From Macrostomum lignano (Eukaryota), in the NCBI GenBank assembly GCA_002269645.1, contig NIVC01001539.1, positions 124,034 to 188,033 of the forward strand: 64,000 nucleotides of DNA, read 5' to 3'. The first letter of the stretch is position 1; each line of letters opens with the position of its first letter. The position numbers and the translations under genes were made by a program. The notes beneath the pieces are model-generated. The model was not told the origin of the DNA. It searched no databases and worked only from the letters and a program-made list of their open reading frames with translations. This document shows positions 41,983-54,933 of this stretch, piece after piece.

Positions 41983-44900
41983 ATGGCTCCAGGTCGGAAC
42001 CTGGCCTCATTGGCATCTTGCCTGCTTCTGCTGGCGCTGCTGGCAGCTCCGGGTGGAACTCAAGCTCAAGCTGAACCGGCCGCTGAACCGGCATCCAAAG
42101 CGTGAGGGATTTTGCAACTTGTGGAGTTTACAGTTTAGTCTGCGGGTTTTTAGAGCCCAAATTGTTCTATCAGTTAGCGGCGACATCATCTTACACAGCT
42201 ACTCACTCGCTCACACAGGGTGTAAAGCGGCCCTGACTTCTCATGAGCCATGTACACTCTGTTCCTTGTTCCTCTGCTTATAAGATGGATGGACGATGAG
42301 GAAATGGCCTTTGTCAGAAGCTGAAGAGGTGAAGTAGCCTAGACAGACCTTAAACTATCGGAGATCTTCATGAGACAATCTCTAAGCGGTATTTTATCCA
42401 TGTTAGTTCCAGTTGTAGACAGGGGGCTGTCTGCAACCTGGCGCACTTTAAGCGACATTGTCACACAATCGGCGAGAGGCATTACTGCCAATTCCGCCGA
42501 CTCCCCTGAGCAGGCTCACAAGTGCGCGGATACGTACGCAGTCACACGCACAGGCACTCACACAGGAGCGTACAGCGGCCCTAACTTTATTTATCGTTAG
42601 GCATGTACACTTCACTGTGCCTTGGGGGTTGACCCTCAAGAACGTTAGTAGCACGAGCAGAGCCAAGCCAATATTCCAGTTTAGACCCAAGTTAATGTGA
42701 CTGCAGTGGGAATCGAGACTGGGCCGCTGGCACACCAGAACGCTGTGCTAGACCACTGGGCTACGGTCCCCTTTCTATCCATTCGCACAACCGACCCATG
42801 TACAGGCGCTACACCGTCGTCTGCTCCCGGATCCTGCAACCTGGTCGCGATTTTCGAGTCGGTGTAGCCCTGCTGACCAGAGCACCCGGCCGCGGCATCC
42901 AGAGAGTGTCAGTCCGCGTCGGCACCGTCTCCAAGGGAAACGATTTCGATGAGTTGTCCGCCCGGTCAGACTGGGAGAGTGACAGCACCGATAGAGCCGT
43001 CACCTCTAAGGACTTGACGATTTCAGTTCCCGGCGTAAGTTTCTGGAGTGTCTAATTATTGTACCAAACTTCTAGGAGATTCTTTTTCTTCCTACCTCCT
43101 GACTCCAAAACCAACTACAATATAATTATCAGAGGCCGAATAAATTTGACCTGTCCGGCAACTACAACCTGTCGGTGACCATTGAAGACACGCAGGGTAA
43201 CGTCTACAGCAACAGCACAGAAATATCCTTGTCGGAATCGCCGACCGTGAGCCTCATTCAGACAGACAAAGCCATCTACAAGCCCGGCCAGTTGGTCAAG
43301 TTTCGTATCGTAAATCTGGACGAGACGATAAAGCCGGTGTCAGTTTCCATGGAGGTCCTAATCAAAGTGAGTAGTTAAACACGCTTATCCAACTACTGAA
43401 AGTCACTATAGGAAAATTAGTAAATTAATTAACGTTTCCGACAAAAAGGATGCAAAAGGCAACCTGGTGGACAAGCAGCTGCACAACCCGGATGATCTGG
43501 CGTCCCAGGAGAAGCAGCTGGTCATGACTGGGCAGTTTCGCCTCTCTGACATGCCCAACGAGGGTGACTGGTCCATCACCGCCAATAGCGAGCTGTTCAC
43601 TGAGACAAAGACCTTCACTGTTCGGCAGTACGTGCTGCCAAAGTTCACACTGGAGCTATCAGTGCCAAGTTTTGTCCACGTGAATGACAGCGAGTTCACA
43701 GTGCGGACCAAGGTCCAGTACACCTACGAAAAAGCTGTGGAGGGCGAGATCAGCGTCACCATGGGTCCGTATATGAATTGCCGCTCCTGCAAGAACAAAT
43801 ACGACATGCTGCAAACTTTTACCTCTGATTCTGCGCCGGATGGCGAGACAAGCTTCACGTTCAACCTCACCTCCTGGCGTGAGCACCTGCGATCCATTGG
43901 CTACACTGACCGGCCTTACAACTATATGGCCAAGGCCAGCGTCCAGTTTAAGGAAAAATTTACCGGTAAGTGCCAGCGGTGCTTTGATTTGAAAATTTAC
44001 TAATTTTCCGGTTTGAAAACAACTAAAAAACCAATTCAGGCGAGGTCAAACTGGTTGAGAAGACGTTTACCATCTACACCAAGAGCTACGAACTGAAGAT
44101 AGATACGTCTCAGACTGCGTTCTTTCTGCCCGGCTTCTCAGTGCCAGTCCAGGTTAGTGTACGCAGTGATAGCATCGCTTGTAAATTTTCAGTGAGGTTG
44201 CCCAACCAAATCGAACTCCGCCCTACCGCTCCGCAGATGACCTTGATGCGCCCCGACGACAAACCATTCACGGCTGCCGCCGCCTCCAACGCCAGCGCTA
44301 CGATTGTTTACCACCGTCGCGGCAAGAAGCAGACGATGCAGTTCTTCAACGGGCCGCTGAGCCCGTCGCCGACTGGTACTGGCGCCTCTCTGTTGGTGCG
44401 CATTCCAGTCGATGCCGACTTCTATCCCGTCAGGATTGAGGTGAGTCGTAGATAATAAACGATTCGGGAGTACAATAATCCTAAACAGGTTACATTTTCT
44501 CCCAAATTCAGGTGAAAATTGACAGTGACGATTCGTCTAAACTGCACGGCACGTCCACAATCTATCCCTACATCGGGGTCACAGACGACTACGTGAAGGT
44601 CTCAAAGAGAATCCTTCGAGACGACAGCGTTGAGGTACCATTTTTTACGAACAGCTACACATAATTAGAATTCGGCGTCAAAAAGTCCTTATTGACCTAA
44701 TTTTCCTCCTCAGGTTGACGTTGAGAAGACATCTGGAATCAGCCTGGTTTATTACGCTGTAAGTTGCTTCACGAATAAAATCAGCCAAGGGGGTTGAGAA
44801 ACCCCCACCCATGGCACAGTGTGTATCCGACTCACAATGAGAAAGTCAGGACCGCTGTGCACCCTGTGTGAGCGTGTGCCTGCGTACGTATCCACTTGCC

Positions 44901-47900
44901 TACTCACTGGCTGCGGGTTGATTTGATGAGGTGTCCAAAGCCCCTGCAAAGCAACTAATTCATAGTTCCAGACAGCCTGAAGTAACAGAGTGAGCAAGTC
45001 GACGCGGTTGACGATTGTCTCAATGTAGAAGATCAAGCATGGCTCCTGAAACGTATCAATCCCACAGGTGCTCAGCCGTGGTCAGATTCAACGGTGGGGC
45101 CGTTTCGCAGATGGCGCCGGAGCGAAGGTGCGCTTCGCCAAGGCGGATCTCGACAGTTTCGTGTCTGACGTCACTCTGGTCGCGTTCGGGTTCGACCGTA
45201 GTGGAGAAATTGTGGCCTCGGTCGTTAAGCACAGCACCGCCCGTCTGGGCGGACAGGTAGGCTTACTCGAGTATTTCCTAGAAGTGAAAATTTAGTAGTC
45301 ATGAATTTCTTGACCAAGGCTTGCAACGTAACGGTACTCTATTCTACTCGTAGATCGAGCTGTCGTCGAACCTAACGGACAATCGGGGCGAGCCGCAGCA
45401 GGGCGCCGTCGTGTCGGTTCGGGCCGCGCCGGACTCGTTTGTGTTCCTCACGGGTATCGATGCGTCAGTGAACCTGCTAGCCACCGGGCAGGACATCCTG
45501 CAGAGCACCCTGACTGAGCAGTACAACTCGCGAATCAGCGGCTTGCGTTATTGGCCGAGGCCACAAAAGCTCACCACGGCAAGGATTCTACAGGTGAATG
45601 CCAAGGAGAACTTGCCTGCAGTGATAGAAGTAGAGCATCAAACTTCGAGAAAGAAAATCTTTATGCAAAAATTCCTTTCTTTCCAGGAGAACGGCTTGAT
45701 CCTACTGAGCGATGCTTTCTATTATGCTGGTAAGTGGAATGACGAATGGTGCGATGCAGTCTGTTTGACTATTGGCTCCTTGACGACATCAACTCACAGC
45801 GGAGACAAGGCTGTACTCCATTGGAAAGTTGTCTCAACTAGACAGCTCTCCAATCTAGACACTCGACCGATTCTTGATGAAAATTGTGTGCTATTGCTGG
45901 TAGTTAACGAGATTTTTCATAACCCCCAGCCGATGCTTATCTTCCAATCGTAGACGACAATTCCATGGACTACATGTACGGACAGGCGCGCAACCGAAAG
46001 CTGATGGGCGCATCAGCCGAAATGGCGCCGGCACCGCCGATGGCAATTCGAGGCCAGGACAGCAGCGGTAGCGGCAAGACCCAGGTTCGAAAATTCTTCC
46101 CGGAGACCATGATATGGACGCTAGTGCAGGCAGAGTAAGTGCTGAATCCTCACTTTCGTATTTCGTATTTTCATAAACATACTTATATTTTAATCAGTTT
46201 CCTATTTTCTTCGTAGCTCGGAAGGCCTGGCGAGACACTCGTTCGTCCTGCCAGACACGATCACCTCCTGGGACGTGACCGGCTTCGGCGTTGCAGTGGA
46301 CCGTCCGTTTCAGACCATGGACTCCGCCTTTAAACTGACCACCTTCAAGAACTTTTTCATCCGCCCAGTGCTGCCGTACTCGCTGGTTCGCGGGGAGAAG
46401 TTTCTGCTGAAGGTGCTCGCCTTTAACTACCGCGCCATTGCTGGCAGCGTTGAAGTCGCCGTGAATGTCACCCGGCCAGCCTTGCAGCTGCCGTCGCAAA
46501 CCGTGTCGCTGGAGGCAAACTCAGTTGGATTGGCTGTCTTTGAGCTGACACCGAGCAGCCTACCCAGCTTGGATGTCACCATTCGTGCTACCTGGACCGG
46601 AGAATCCTCTTCGGAAACGGACGTTGTCGTGAAGTCGATCATTGTGATACCTGAGGGCAAGACAGTGTACCGTTCCCGTTCAGTGCTGCTCACCGCGCCA
46701 GCAAACAGTTCCAGTGACAGCGCCCAGCAGGAGATCACAGTGGAGTTTCCTCCAGAAGATTCGCCGGATCTGGTCGCCGGCTCTGAAGTGTTCAGTTACA
46801 GCGTCATTGGAGACGTCACCGGCCCGGCCATGCAGAACATCGGCGGTCTACTGCGCCTGCCAAGCGGCTGTGGCGAGCAGAATATGGTGAACTTCGCTCC
46901 CGCTGTGTTCATCTGGGAGTATCTCACTGCAACTCGTCAGGACACTGACCCGGATGTAAGCAAGAAAGCTCTGCAGGTTATGAAGGTCGGCCTGCAGCGC
47001 CAACTTACATACAAACGCCTGGATGGCTCCTACAGCGCCTTCGGCCAGCAGGACGAAGCGGGCAGTGCGTGGCTTACCGCTTTTGTTCTCAGCATCTATT
47101 CAAAAGCGGCAGCCTTCATCACGGTGGGATCGGACTCGCTGACAGGCCAGTCTGTGAGTTTCCTCCTTTCCAGGCAGAGCGTCAACGGACAGTTCTCTGA
47201 GCTATCGGCTGCCCGGATTCTGGACCCTGGCCTCCAGGGCAGCTCCGGGTCCGCTTCGCATGGCCTGACCGCGTTCATCTGCATGTCCCTCATGGACGTG
47301 GAGGAGGCCGCGATCCGTTGGCCGAAGCTACAGTCGACAACCTGGAAAGACACTGACACCCGCGGTGCCATCACTAAGTGTCTCTGGTTTTTGAAATCCG
47401 CTTTCGAGAGCAGCCCGGCGGAGTTCAGCTCGTATGATGCGGCTCTGTCCGCCTACCTACTGAAACGGGCCCAGGCTTCGACGAGGTACCGACAGGCTTC
47501 GTTGGAGCGCGGTCTGCAGGCGCTGACAACAGCGCTGAGCGAAAAAGCCGAGACGGACTCCAACGGTGGCAAGTATTGGAGCACCTCGAACAGATGGGGC
47601 CGGCGTCGCGGCTCCGTGGAAGCCACAGGCTGGGCGCTGATTGGCTGCTCTATGAAGTCTGACGCCACTGAAGAGTGCCTGCAGATCCTGCGCTGGCTGA
47701 GCGACCAGCAAAACAGCCTGGGTGGCTTCAGCAGCAGCCAGGCAACTGTGGTGGGCATTCGAGCGATTGCCGCTTTCGCCACCAGCTCGGGCCTGACAGG
47801 CGGAGATGCCAGCGTGGCGCTGAATTGGGGAGACATTAGCTTTCTGAACATCATTGAGGACAGCAACCGACGTGTGCTTCAGCAGGTGCGCTAGTTTTCA

Positions 47901-49248
47901 AAAGGGGATTTCAACTTAGTCAAATGGTCCGACCAGTTATGGATTCCAATCAGTTTGGTCCGAATCCTTGCTTTAGGTTCCATTCCGGAGCTTTAAGTTG
48001 ACATCCCTTTACGTTCATTTAGCGGCCGGCAGCTTCAGTTATGTACCGTGCCATCCTCTATCGGAATAACCGATTTATTGATAGTAATTGAAAATTGCAC
48101 CCAATTTTTCAGTCCGATCTTTTGCGCGGCACCACCGCCCGAGTCGGTCAAGTCCAGGCTCGCCACACCGGCGAGGGCGCCGGCTTTGCCCTGGCTAAGC
48201 TCAGCTGGCAGTACAACATCCTAGATAGACAGCAGCTGACCGCTTCAGACTGGAAGAGCTCCAATGGTCTCAGCATCCGCCTGGGCTTGATGCCACCTAA
48301 GCTACCGCCAAAGAGTCAGCATAGGCTGGCTGTCTGCGCCAAGGCCAACACCACCGTCTCTGGTGAGGGCATGCTCATCCTTCGGGTGACGAACCCCAGC
48401 GGATACTCAGCCGGCCGACTGCCCGAGCCATCCAGCGTTGCCGGACTGAAGCGTGTAGAAGCCGGGTCACAGGAGGTCGTCATGTACTTTGACTATGTGA
48501 GTTGACTCGCTGCTGTTCGATAAATTCTTCATACGGCTGCTGTAACTCCTTAACCAGAGACAATTACTGGTCTGACACCATGATTAATGTTCTAGTCTGA
48601 CGCCACGATTGATGTTCTGGTCTGACACCCTGATTGAGATTAGGGTACTCGTCTACATGACTGATGCTCTAGTCTGACACCTTGATTGAGATTAGGTTAC
48701 CTGTGATATTTGAGCGCACCTGACTGCCCAAAATAAGTTAAGATTCGAACTCACGATATGTCAGGGCAGCGGTTTCTTCACCTGGTTTCATCAGCTGGTC
48801 TTAACAGCTAAGGACATTGCTTGTGGAGACATTTTTAAAGTTCTATATAACAATCAGTGCGCAACCTTTTAGCGCACGCTCCTTTTCATATACGCATTAG
48901 GCCCTGTAACAAATGAAAATGGGTATCTATGCGATTTTTTGCCTGGAAAATCTTTCATAAATCAGAGCAGGAATTTTAACTCTTAAACAATTCCAGCTTC
49001 CTAACGATGGAGCATGTGTATCACTCCAATGGAGCCGCGACGTTCCGGTACTGAAGCTCAGCCCGCAGCAAATCAGCCTGCAGATGTACTACAACGCCGA
49101 CCGCATTGTCAGCGCGTCGTACCTATCGCCGGAGCTTCAGGAGTTGACGCGTTGCACGGCCTGTCCGGAGTGCCCGGATTGCAGCACTTTGAGCCCCGAC
49201 ACCGCCGAGGAGCCCGGCCAGCCGGCTTGGCTCAATTGGCTCGTCTGA
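41983..49248 (+). CDS. Thioester-containing protein (TEP / CD109 / alpha-2-macroglobulin family), 15 exons, ~1513 aa
   Basis: Phase-consistent exons 41983-42101 (signal peptide MAPGRNLASLASCLLLLALLAAPGGTQA), 42806-43034, 43133-43366, 43449-43965, 44040-44152, 44237-44440, 44512-44634, 44714-44758, 45068-45256, 45354-45593, 45687-45729, 45954-46134, 46217-47885, 48113-48496, 48997-49248. Motifs IQTDKAIYKPGQ, RQYVLPKF, RKFFPETMIW, PDTITSW, thioester GCGEQNM (46866-46886), GGFSSSQAT and a C-terminal CTACPECPDC. Confidence 0.93.
42530..42775 (-). mobile_element. tRNA-derived SINE (second family), most complete copy, in TEP intron 1
   Basis: The minus strand starts GGGGACCGTAGCCCAGTGG (A box) ... 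TCTCGATTCC (B-box-like). The body AACCCCCAAGGCACAG...GTGTACATGCC...AGGGCCGCTGTAC...GTGTGAG recurs at ~17730-17830, ~42195-42265, ~44780-44885 and ~55515-55660. Confidence 0.65.
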
Positions 49249-50330
49249 GCAAACGTGAACTGACAGACTCGATCCTCACTAACTAACCGATGTACCAAAC
49301 ATTTTGTCGCGTAGTTTTACTACCAGAATGTCTAGCACTATAACGCGAGTTCGACAATTTCGATGCATCATCCAGCTATTGATTGGATTTACCATCTGAT
49401 GCAGAGCTTAAACACAGTGCCAATATGCTTGCACTAAGAGGCAATCTGCCAATAAATCAAAGTTTTTACTGATGTTAATCAACTTTTAATTAACTAATGC
49501 TTTTTGAAAATTTGGGATAAAAAATAAACGTGATTAACTATTATTCTGAGACAACAATAAGACTCTTGAGCACTTGATTGATAGTAAAAACGTGAACTTG
49601 AACAGAACAGAAAAGGACAGAAAGACAACTCGTACTTACTAAAAAATTGCACAAGAGAAAAACTTCCCAGAAAATTTTCGGAAGTTGATTCCTGTTGGCG
49701 TTGGTTCGGAAATTTGTCTCAGTGGAGCAGTTAACTTTGCTCCCACCAGAAGCTTCCAATCTCAGCAATCTCAGCAACTTCGATTTCCGCTCATATGGGG
49801 TAGTGTTGGTTCAAGGAGCTGGCAGCTTCCGACACGAAAGACAGATAAAAGAAGGGACGGATTCAGCCATATCTTTTCTGTTTCATTCTTTCTCCACTAA
49901 TTTTTTTAGCCAAACCATAAATTTCCAGTTGAAGCTGAAGCTCCCGGAAGCAGACTGAATCATGAAAAGGAAGAGCAAAATCTTAGCTGGCTCAAAGAAA
50001 CTTCTCTTGAGTCTTAGTAAATTTTTGTACAAAAGGTTCTGCCGTCGTTGCGTCGTGGAACAATACTAACGCATTTCAACGCGTTACTCAGAAGGCCTCA
50101 CCTGCGGTAACTACGGATTGAGCAACAAGAACAGAAACAGAAATCTTAGACTTCTTAGATGTATCTTAGATGTATCTTAGACTTAGATGTATCTTAGACT
50201 TCTGCTCCGGTTGCTGCTGCTTGCTGCGGTTTCTTTGTCCAATTCCTATTGCACGACTTCGGCGAAATTCCACAAAACTGTTGGATTGGATTGCGTGCGA
50301 CCAGAGTTCACCAACATCGTGTCGGGTCTG

Positions 50331-50521
50331 TGTTGTAAAGTGAGTTTACTCACTGGGTTGTTTTGCTAGTCGGTGTTTGGGGGTCAAGGGATCCGATGTA
50401 CATGCTCGCTCTGTTTGTATATGTACATGCGTTCTCGAGTAAATATAAGAATAGCTCCACCCTTTGGGTGAGGGTTTGAATTTTGTACTAAACCTGACTG
50501 GCTTGTCTCTCGCTCACCACA
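50331..50521 (+). repeat. 5' LTR
   Basis: TGTTGTAAAG...CTCACCACA; matches the 3' LTR. Confidence 0.95.
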
Positions 50522-50601
50522 TTTTGGCGTCGCGTGGAGAAATCAATTGATTTGAGCCAGCGTGATTCAGCACAAGCGCAAACTGTAAAATCTGCCACGT
50601 C

Positions 50602-53334
50602 ATGAGCAGCACAGAAGGCGCAAATGCAAGTGCAATGGGCGACCCACAGCGAGGGTCCCAACAAGCAGCAGCCCAACAGTCAAGCAGAGATGCAGCCAAC
50701 AGAATGAGTGTCAACATTTCGCCACCGCAGCCGTTTCTGCCAGCCGCTGGAGCACCGCTGATTGAATGGAACCGATGGAAAGCAATGTTCAGCAATTACC
50801 TGCTAGCATCGGGAGCCAGCGATCTGCCGGAGCAAAGAAAACAAGCGTTGCTCATCCACTGTTTGGGTGCAGAGGGACAAAACATCTACATGTCTCTACA
50901 GGCCAGCAGCAATCAGGAGGAAGGAGAGCAACCGCCATCAACAGTTGATGACACGCTGAAGCTCCTAGACATGCACTTCGGACCCAAAGTCAACGTAGTT
51001 GCTGAGAGGCACAGATTCCGACAGAGAGCTCAGCGACCGGGCGAAAAGATCAGCGACTTCGTTGCCGCGCTGCGAAACCTGGCTTCGAACTGCGACTTCA
51101 AGACCTTCCAGGAGGAGATGCTGCGTGACCAGCTCGTCGAGAAAGTGCTCAGCAACCACATCAGGGAGCGACTGCTTATGGAGCCGGAGCTGACCTTGGC
51201 GACAGCTGTGCAGTTGGCAGAGCGACTGGAAACTGGACTGCTGGAGGCCCAGGCCATCAAGGGAGGCAGCCACACAGACCCAAACAGCTCGTGTGGAGTC
51301 CAGCAGATCAGCAAGGCCAAGAACAGTGGAGCAGTGGCAAGACAGCATGAGGCACTGAAGTCGACAACCGACGGCCGGAGCTGCGGCTACTGTGGCTCAG
51401 CGGCGCATGTCGGTGGACAGACCTGCCCAGCAAAGGGGCAGAAGTGCAAGTCCTGCGGCAAGCGCGGGCACTTCGCCAGAGTCTGCAGGAGCGGCAACCG
51501 AGTGCGACAGCTTCAGGATGAGTACTCCATCTGCACTGTGTCGACAGCTGCGGCAGCAAGCAAGCACTGCGAAGTGCTGCTGAACGGGAGGCCTGTCAAG
51601 CTGCTCGTTGACTCCGGTTCGCGAGTCTCCATCATCACCAAGACGACGTACAATAGACTTCTGTCCAACGTGCCCCTGCAGGCGTCATCACGGAAGCTGG
51701 TCGCTTTCAACGGCAGCAAGATCGGCGTGCTTGGTGATATCCTGACCTCGGTGCAGCTCAAGGACAAAGTAGTGCCTTACGTCAACCTTAGCGTGGTCAA
51801 TACCGGATCTGACATCCTGGGGTGCGACCTCATGGATCAGCTGGGACTGTGGATCGTCACTGCAGACGGTGAGCGAGTGCAGACAGTCGGCACCAGAGCC
51901 CTGCCTGACTGGATCCCAGGCCGGTTCGACCAGTTGACTCAGGGACTCGGACACATCAAAGGATTTCAGCACAGGCCGCGAGTCAACCCCGCGGTGCAAC
52001 CGACTGCTCAACCGTTGCGCAGAGTGCCGCTCAGCCTAAGAGATTCGGTTCAAAAGGAGATCGACCAGCTGCTGCAGCAAGGCATCATCGAGGAGGTCGA
52101 CGCCTCAGACTGGGTGTCAAACCTAGTCGTGGTGCCAAAGGCGAACGGCTCGATCCGGATCTGCAACGACCTGAGAGGCCCAAACAAGAGCATCATACCG
52201 GACAGATACCCACTTCCGACCTTTGAGGAGCTCTCCGCCGAGTTTGCCGGGTCACGATGCTTCTCCAAGTTGGACCTGAATTCGTCTTACCTGCAACTGG
52301 AGTTGTCCGAGGACTGCAGAAATCTGACCACGTTCGTGACGGAGCGAGGCCTATATCGATATCGGAGGGTGTGCTTCGGCCTGAGTAGTGCACCGGCTGC
52401 GTTCCAGAAGGTGATGGCTAAGATCCTCAGTGGCATCAAAGGCGCAGTGCACTTTATTGACGACATCGTAGTGCACGCGGCATCAAGAGAAGAGCACGAC
52501 AAGCGCCTGTTCAAGGTGCTGCAAGCTCTGATGACGCACAACGTGACTATCAATACGGCCAAGTGCACCTGGCGCCAGGACAAGGTCAACTTCCTAGGCT
52601 ATGAGCTGAGCGCTTCTGGAGTCCGCCCGTTGCAGTCACACGTCGAAGCTATCGAGAAGGTACAGCCGCCAACGAACACCAAGGAAGTGGCTGCGTTTCT
52701 AGGCGTCGTGAAGTACTTCGGCAACTTCATTCCCAGCCTCTCCAGCACGGCGGAGCCCCTCATGAAACTGCTGAGGAAGGACGAGTCGTGGAAGTGGACC
52801 AGTGAGTGCCAGCAGGCTTTTGAGCAGCTGAAGGCAGGAGTGTGCAAGCCACCTTGCCTCAAGTTTTTCGACGCAGATCAGCCGATCATCGTCAGCTGCG
52901 ACAGCTCAGCATCAGCTCTCGGTGCGATGCTCCTCCAGCAAGACTCCGACGGCCAGTGGCGCCCGGTTGCCTTTGCGAGCCGAACTCTGAGTGCTACGGA
53001 GCGCCGCTACTCGGCGAGCGAGAGGGAAGCCCTGGCCTGCATCTTCGCCTGTGAGCGCTGGAACTTCTTCCTTTACGGCCGACGGTTCGAGCTCCACACC
53101 GATCACCAGGCTCTCACCACGCTGCTGTCATCATCTGGGAGCGGACACCGGCCACTCAGACTGCATCGCTGGGCTGATCGTTTGTTAAACTACTCCTTCA
53201 CCGTCAAGTACGTCCCGGGTGCCAAGAACATCGTGCCCGACTTTCTGTCGCGCTGCCAGGACACGGCCGAGCCGACGGAAGGCGATGAAACGACGGTCTG
53301 GAAGTCCAAAGAGTGCTCCTGGCCGAGGCGCTGA
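50602..53334 (+). CDS. gag-protease-RT-RNase H polyprotein
   Basis: CGYC...C and CKSCGKRGHFARVC knuckles; protease LLVDSGS; RT RICNDLR, DRYPLP, SKLDL, FGLSSAP, FIDDI; RNase H CDSS...ERE...TDH. Confidence 0.93.
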   Translation: MSSTEGANASAMGDPQRGSQQAAAQQSSRDAANRMSVNISPPQPFLPAAGAPLIEWNRWKAMFSNYLLASGASDLPEQRKQALLIHCLGAEGQNIYMSLQASSNQEEGEQPPSTVDDTLKLLDMHFGPKVNVVAERHRFRQRAQRPGEKISDFVAALRNLASNCDFKTFQEEMLRDQLVEKVLSNHIRERLLMEPELTLATAVQLAERLETGLLEAQAIKGGSHTDPNSSCGVQQISKAKNSGAVARQHEALKSTTDGRSCGYCGSAAHVGGQTCPAKGQKCKSCGKRGHFARVCRSGNRVRQLQDEYSICTVSTAAAASKHCEVLLNGRPVKLLVDSGSRVSIITKTTYNRLLSNVPLQASSRKLVAFNGSKIGVLGDILTSVQLKDKVVPYVNLSVVNTGSDILGCDLMDQLGLWIVTADGERVQTVGTRALPDWIPGRFDQLTQGLGHIKGFQHRPRVNPAVQPTAQPLRRVPLSLRDSVQKEIDQLLQQGIIEEVDASDWVSNLVVVPKANGSIRICNDLRGPNKSIIPDRYPLPTFEELSAEFAGSRCFSKLDLNSSYLQLELSEDCRNLTTFVTERGLYRYRRVCFGLSSAPAAFQKVMAKILSGIKGAVHFIDDIVVHAASREEHDKRLFKVLQALMTHNVTINTAKCTWRQDKVNFLGYELSASGVRPLQSHVEAIEKVQPPTNTKEVAAFLGVVKYFGNFIPSLSSTAEPLMKLLRKDESWKWTSECQQAFEQLKAGVCKPPCLKFFDADQPIIVSCDSSASALGAMLLQQDSDGQWRPVAFASRTLSATERRYSASEREALACIFACERWNFFLYGRRFELHTDHQALTTLLSSSGSGHRPLRLHRWADRLLNYSFTVKYVPGAKNIVPDFLSRCQDTAEPTEGDETTVWKSKECSWPRR

Positions 53335-54688
53335 CCGTGGTCACCGAGGACGAACTGGCGGAGGCAACGTCAAAGGACGAGCTCCTGGCACGAGTCGCAG
53401 AGTTCACAGTTTCCGGTTGGCCAGACAAGAAAAAGCTCGATGAGCGCCTGCTGCCCTACTGGAGTGTTAGGAACGAGCTGACTGTTTGGAGCAACGGCAG
53501 GTGCTTGGCCATGGGAACTCGTGCCGTCATACCGGAAGAATTGCGCCAGCGAGTGCTCGACTTAGCGCATCAAGGTCACAAGGGAGTCAGCAGGACCAAG
53601 CATCACTGCCGAGACACCGCGTGGTGGCCCAAAATGGACAGCGACATCGAGAGGTTCGTCAGCAGCTGCTCTGCGTGCATCATCAGTGAGAAGAGCTTCA
53701 AGCCGCATCGGACAGTGCTGACCCCGACCAAGTGGCCGAAGGAACCGTGGACAGAGCTGCAGATCGACTTGTTCGGAGAGCTGCACGAGGGTGCACCACA
53801 GAACTGCCGTTTCATACTCGGTGTACATGACCTGCATTCAAAGTGGCCCGAACTGGTCTGCCTCTCTTCAGCGACGTCTGCGACTATCATCAAGAGTCTC
53901 ACGGCGCTGTTTTGTCGCTGGGGCATTCCGCGCGTAATCACCACCGATGGAGGACCCCAGTTCATCTCCCAGGAGTTCAACGACTTTCTAAAGGCGTACG
54001 GCATCAATCATCGTCAGACTCCGTTCTACCACCCTCAAGGAAATTCCGGAGTGGAGCGCCTGAACCGCGTAGTCAAAGAGGGCTTGAAGAGCCACCTTCA
54101 AGACGGCTACTCGTTCCTGGAAGCGGTGCAGTCCATCCTGTGGGCGTACCGATCGACACCGCATGCGCTGACCGGCGTGACGCCAGCGGAGCTGATGCTC
54201 GGCCGCAAGATCACCACGCCGCTGTGGACGCTGCAGCCGAAGCGAGCGACTCGAGAGCACCCACTGGCCGATCAGATCCAGGAGCGGCAAAGACGGCAGT
54301 TCAAGCGGCTCAACAGATCCCGGCAGCCGCCGCGCCAATTCCAGGTCGGCGACCTGGTGCGAGTGCGATCTCCGCGGATGCGAGGCAAGCTGCAGAGCCA
54401 CGTGTCACCACCTCTACGGGTCAGCGACATCATCAGCCCGACGATCGTCAGGTTAGAGGACGGCTCAAGGTGGCACACCAGCCTCTGTATGCCTCATGCG
54501 GAGCCCGAGGGTGCCAGCACGACTTCGGCAACGGCAATGCCGCCACAGCCGCCAGTGGCTGCAGAGCCGGCAGCGCCAGAAGGCCGACGGACCCGCCGCC
54601 GGCGACCGTTGAGGCCGACGCGGAGCTGCGGCGCAGTACGCGACTGCGGGCACCACCGTTGTGGTACGGCCAGGTCGTGACGCATTGA
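53313..54688 (+). CDS. Integrase part of pol, separated from RT-RH by a 1-nt frameshift near 53295; a second shift lies near the C-terminus
   Basis: H-x3-H...C-x2-C zinc motif (AHQGH...CSAC); DDE core DLFG / TDGGPQF / NSGVER. The terminal LRRSTRLRAPPLWY motif is in the frame ending at 54688. Confidence 0.9.
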
Positions 54689-54734
54689 TTGCCAGCTGTG
54701 AAGGGAATTAGTGACTGTTAAGGAGGAGGGTGAA

Positions 54735-54933
54735 TGTTGTAAAGTGAGTTTTACTCACTGGGTTGTTTTGCTAGTCGGTGTTTGGGGGTCAAGAGATCCG
54801 ATGTACATGCTCGCTCTGTTTGTATATGTACATGCGTTCTCGAGTAAATATAAGAATAGCTCCACCCTTTGGGTGAGGGTTTGAATTTTGTTTGTTGGAC
54901 TAAACCTGACTGGCTTGTCTCTCGCTCACCACA
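54735..54933 (+). repeat. 3' LTR
   Basis: Differs from the 5' LTR by one substitution, a 1-nt indel and a 7-nt indel, as read by eye. Confidence 0.95.

Larger units (their letters stand above)
50331..54933 (+). mobile_element. Complete Ty3/gypsy LTR retrotransposon (Mag-like: fused gag-pol, two CCHC knuckles)
   Basis: LTRs 50331-50521 (191 bp) and 54735-54933 (199 bp), TG...CA. 5-bp TSD GTCTG (50326-50330, 54934-54938). PBS-like TGGCGTCGCG at 50525 and polypurine tract AAGGAGGAGGG before the 3' LTR. Domain order PR-RT-RH-IN. Confidence 0.96.

Noticed and set aside
48730-48800. tRNA-like remnant on the minus strand in the last TEP intron (GTTCGAATC B box)
   Set aside because: Only the B box is convincing, and no cloverleaf could be drawn.
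53290-53334. Programmed ribosomal frameshift between RNase H and integrase
   Set aside because: There is no slippery heptamer, and this is not a known recoding position in gypsy pol. Adding one base restores a continuous ...TTVLEVQRVLLAEAL... reading, so it is a mutation or a sequence error.
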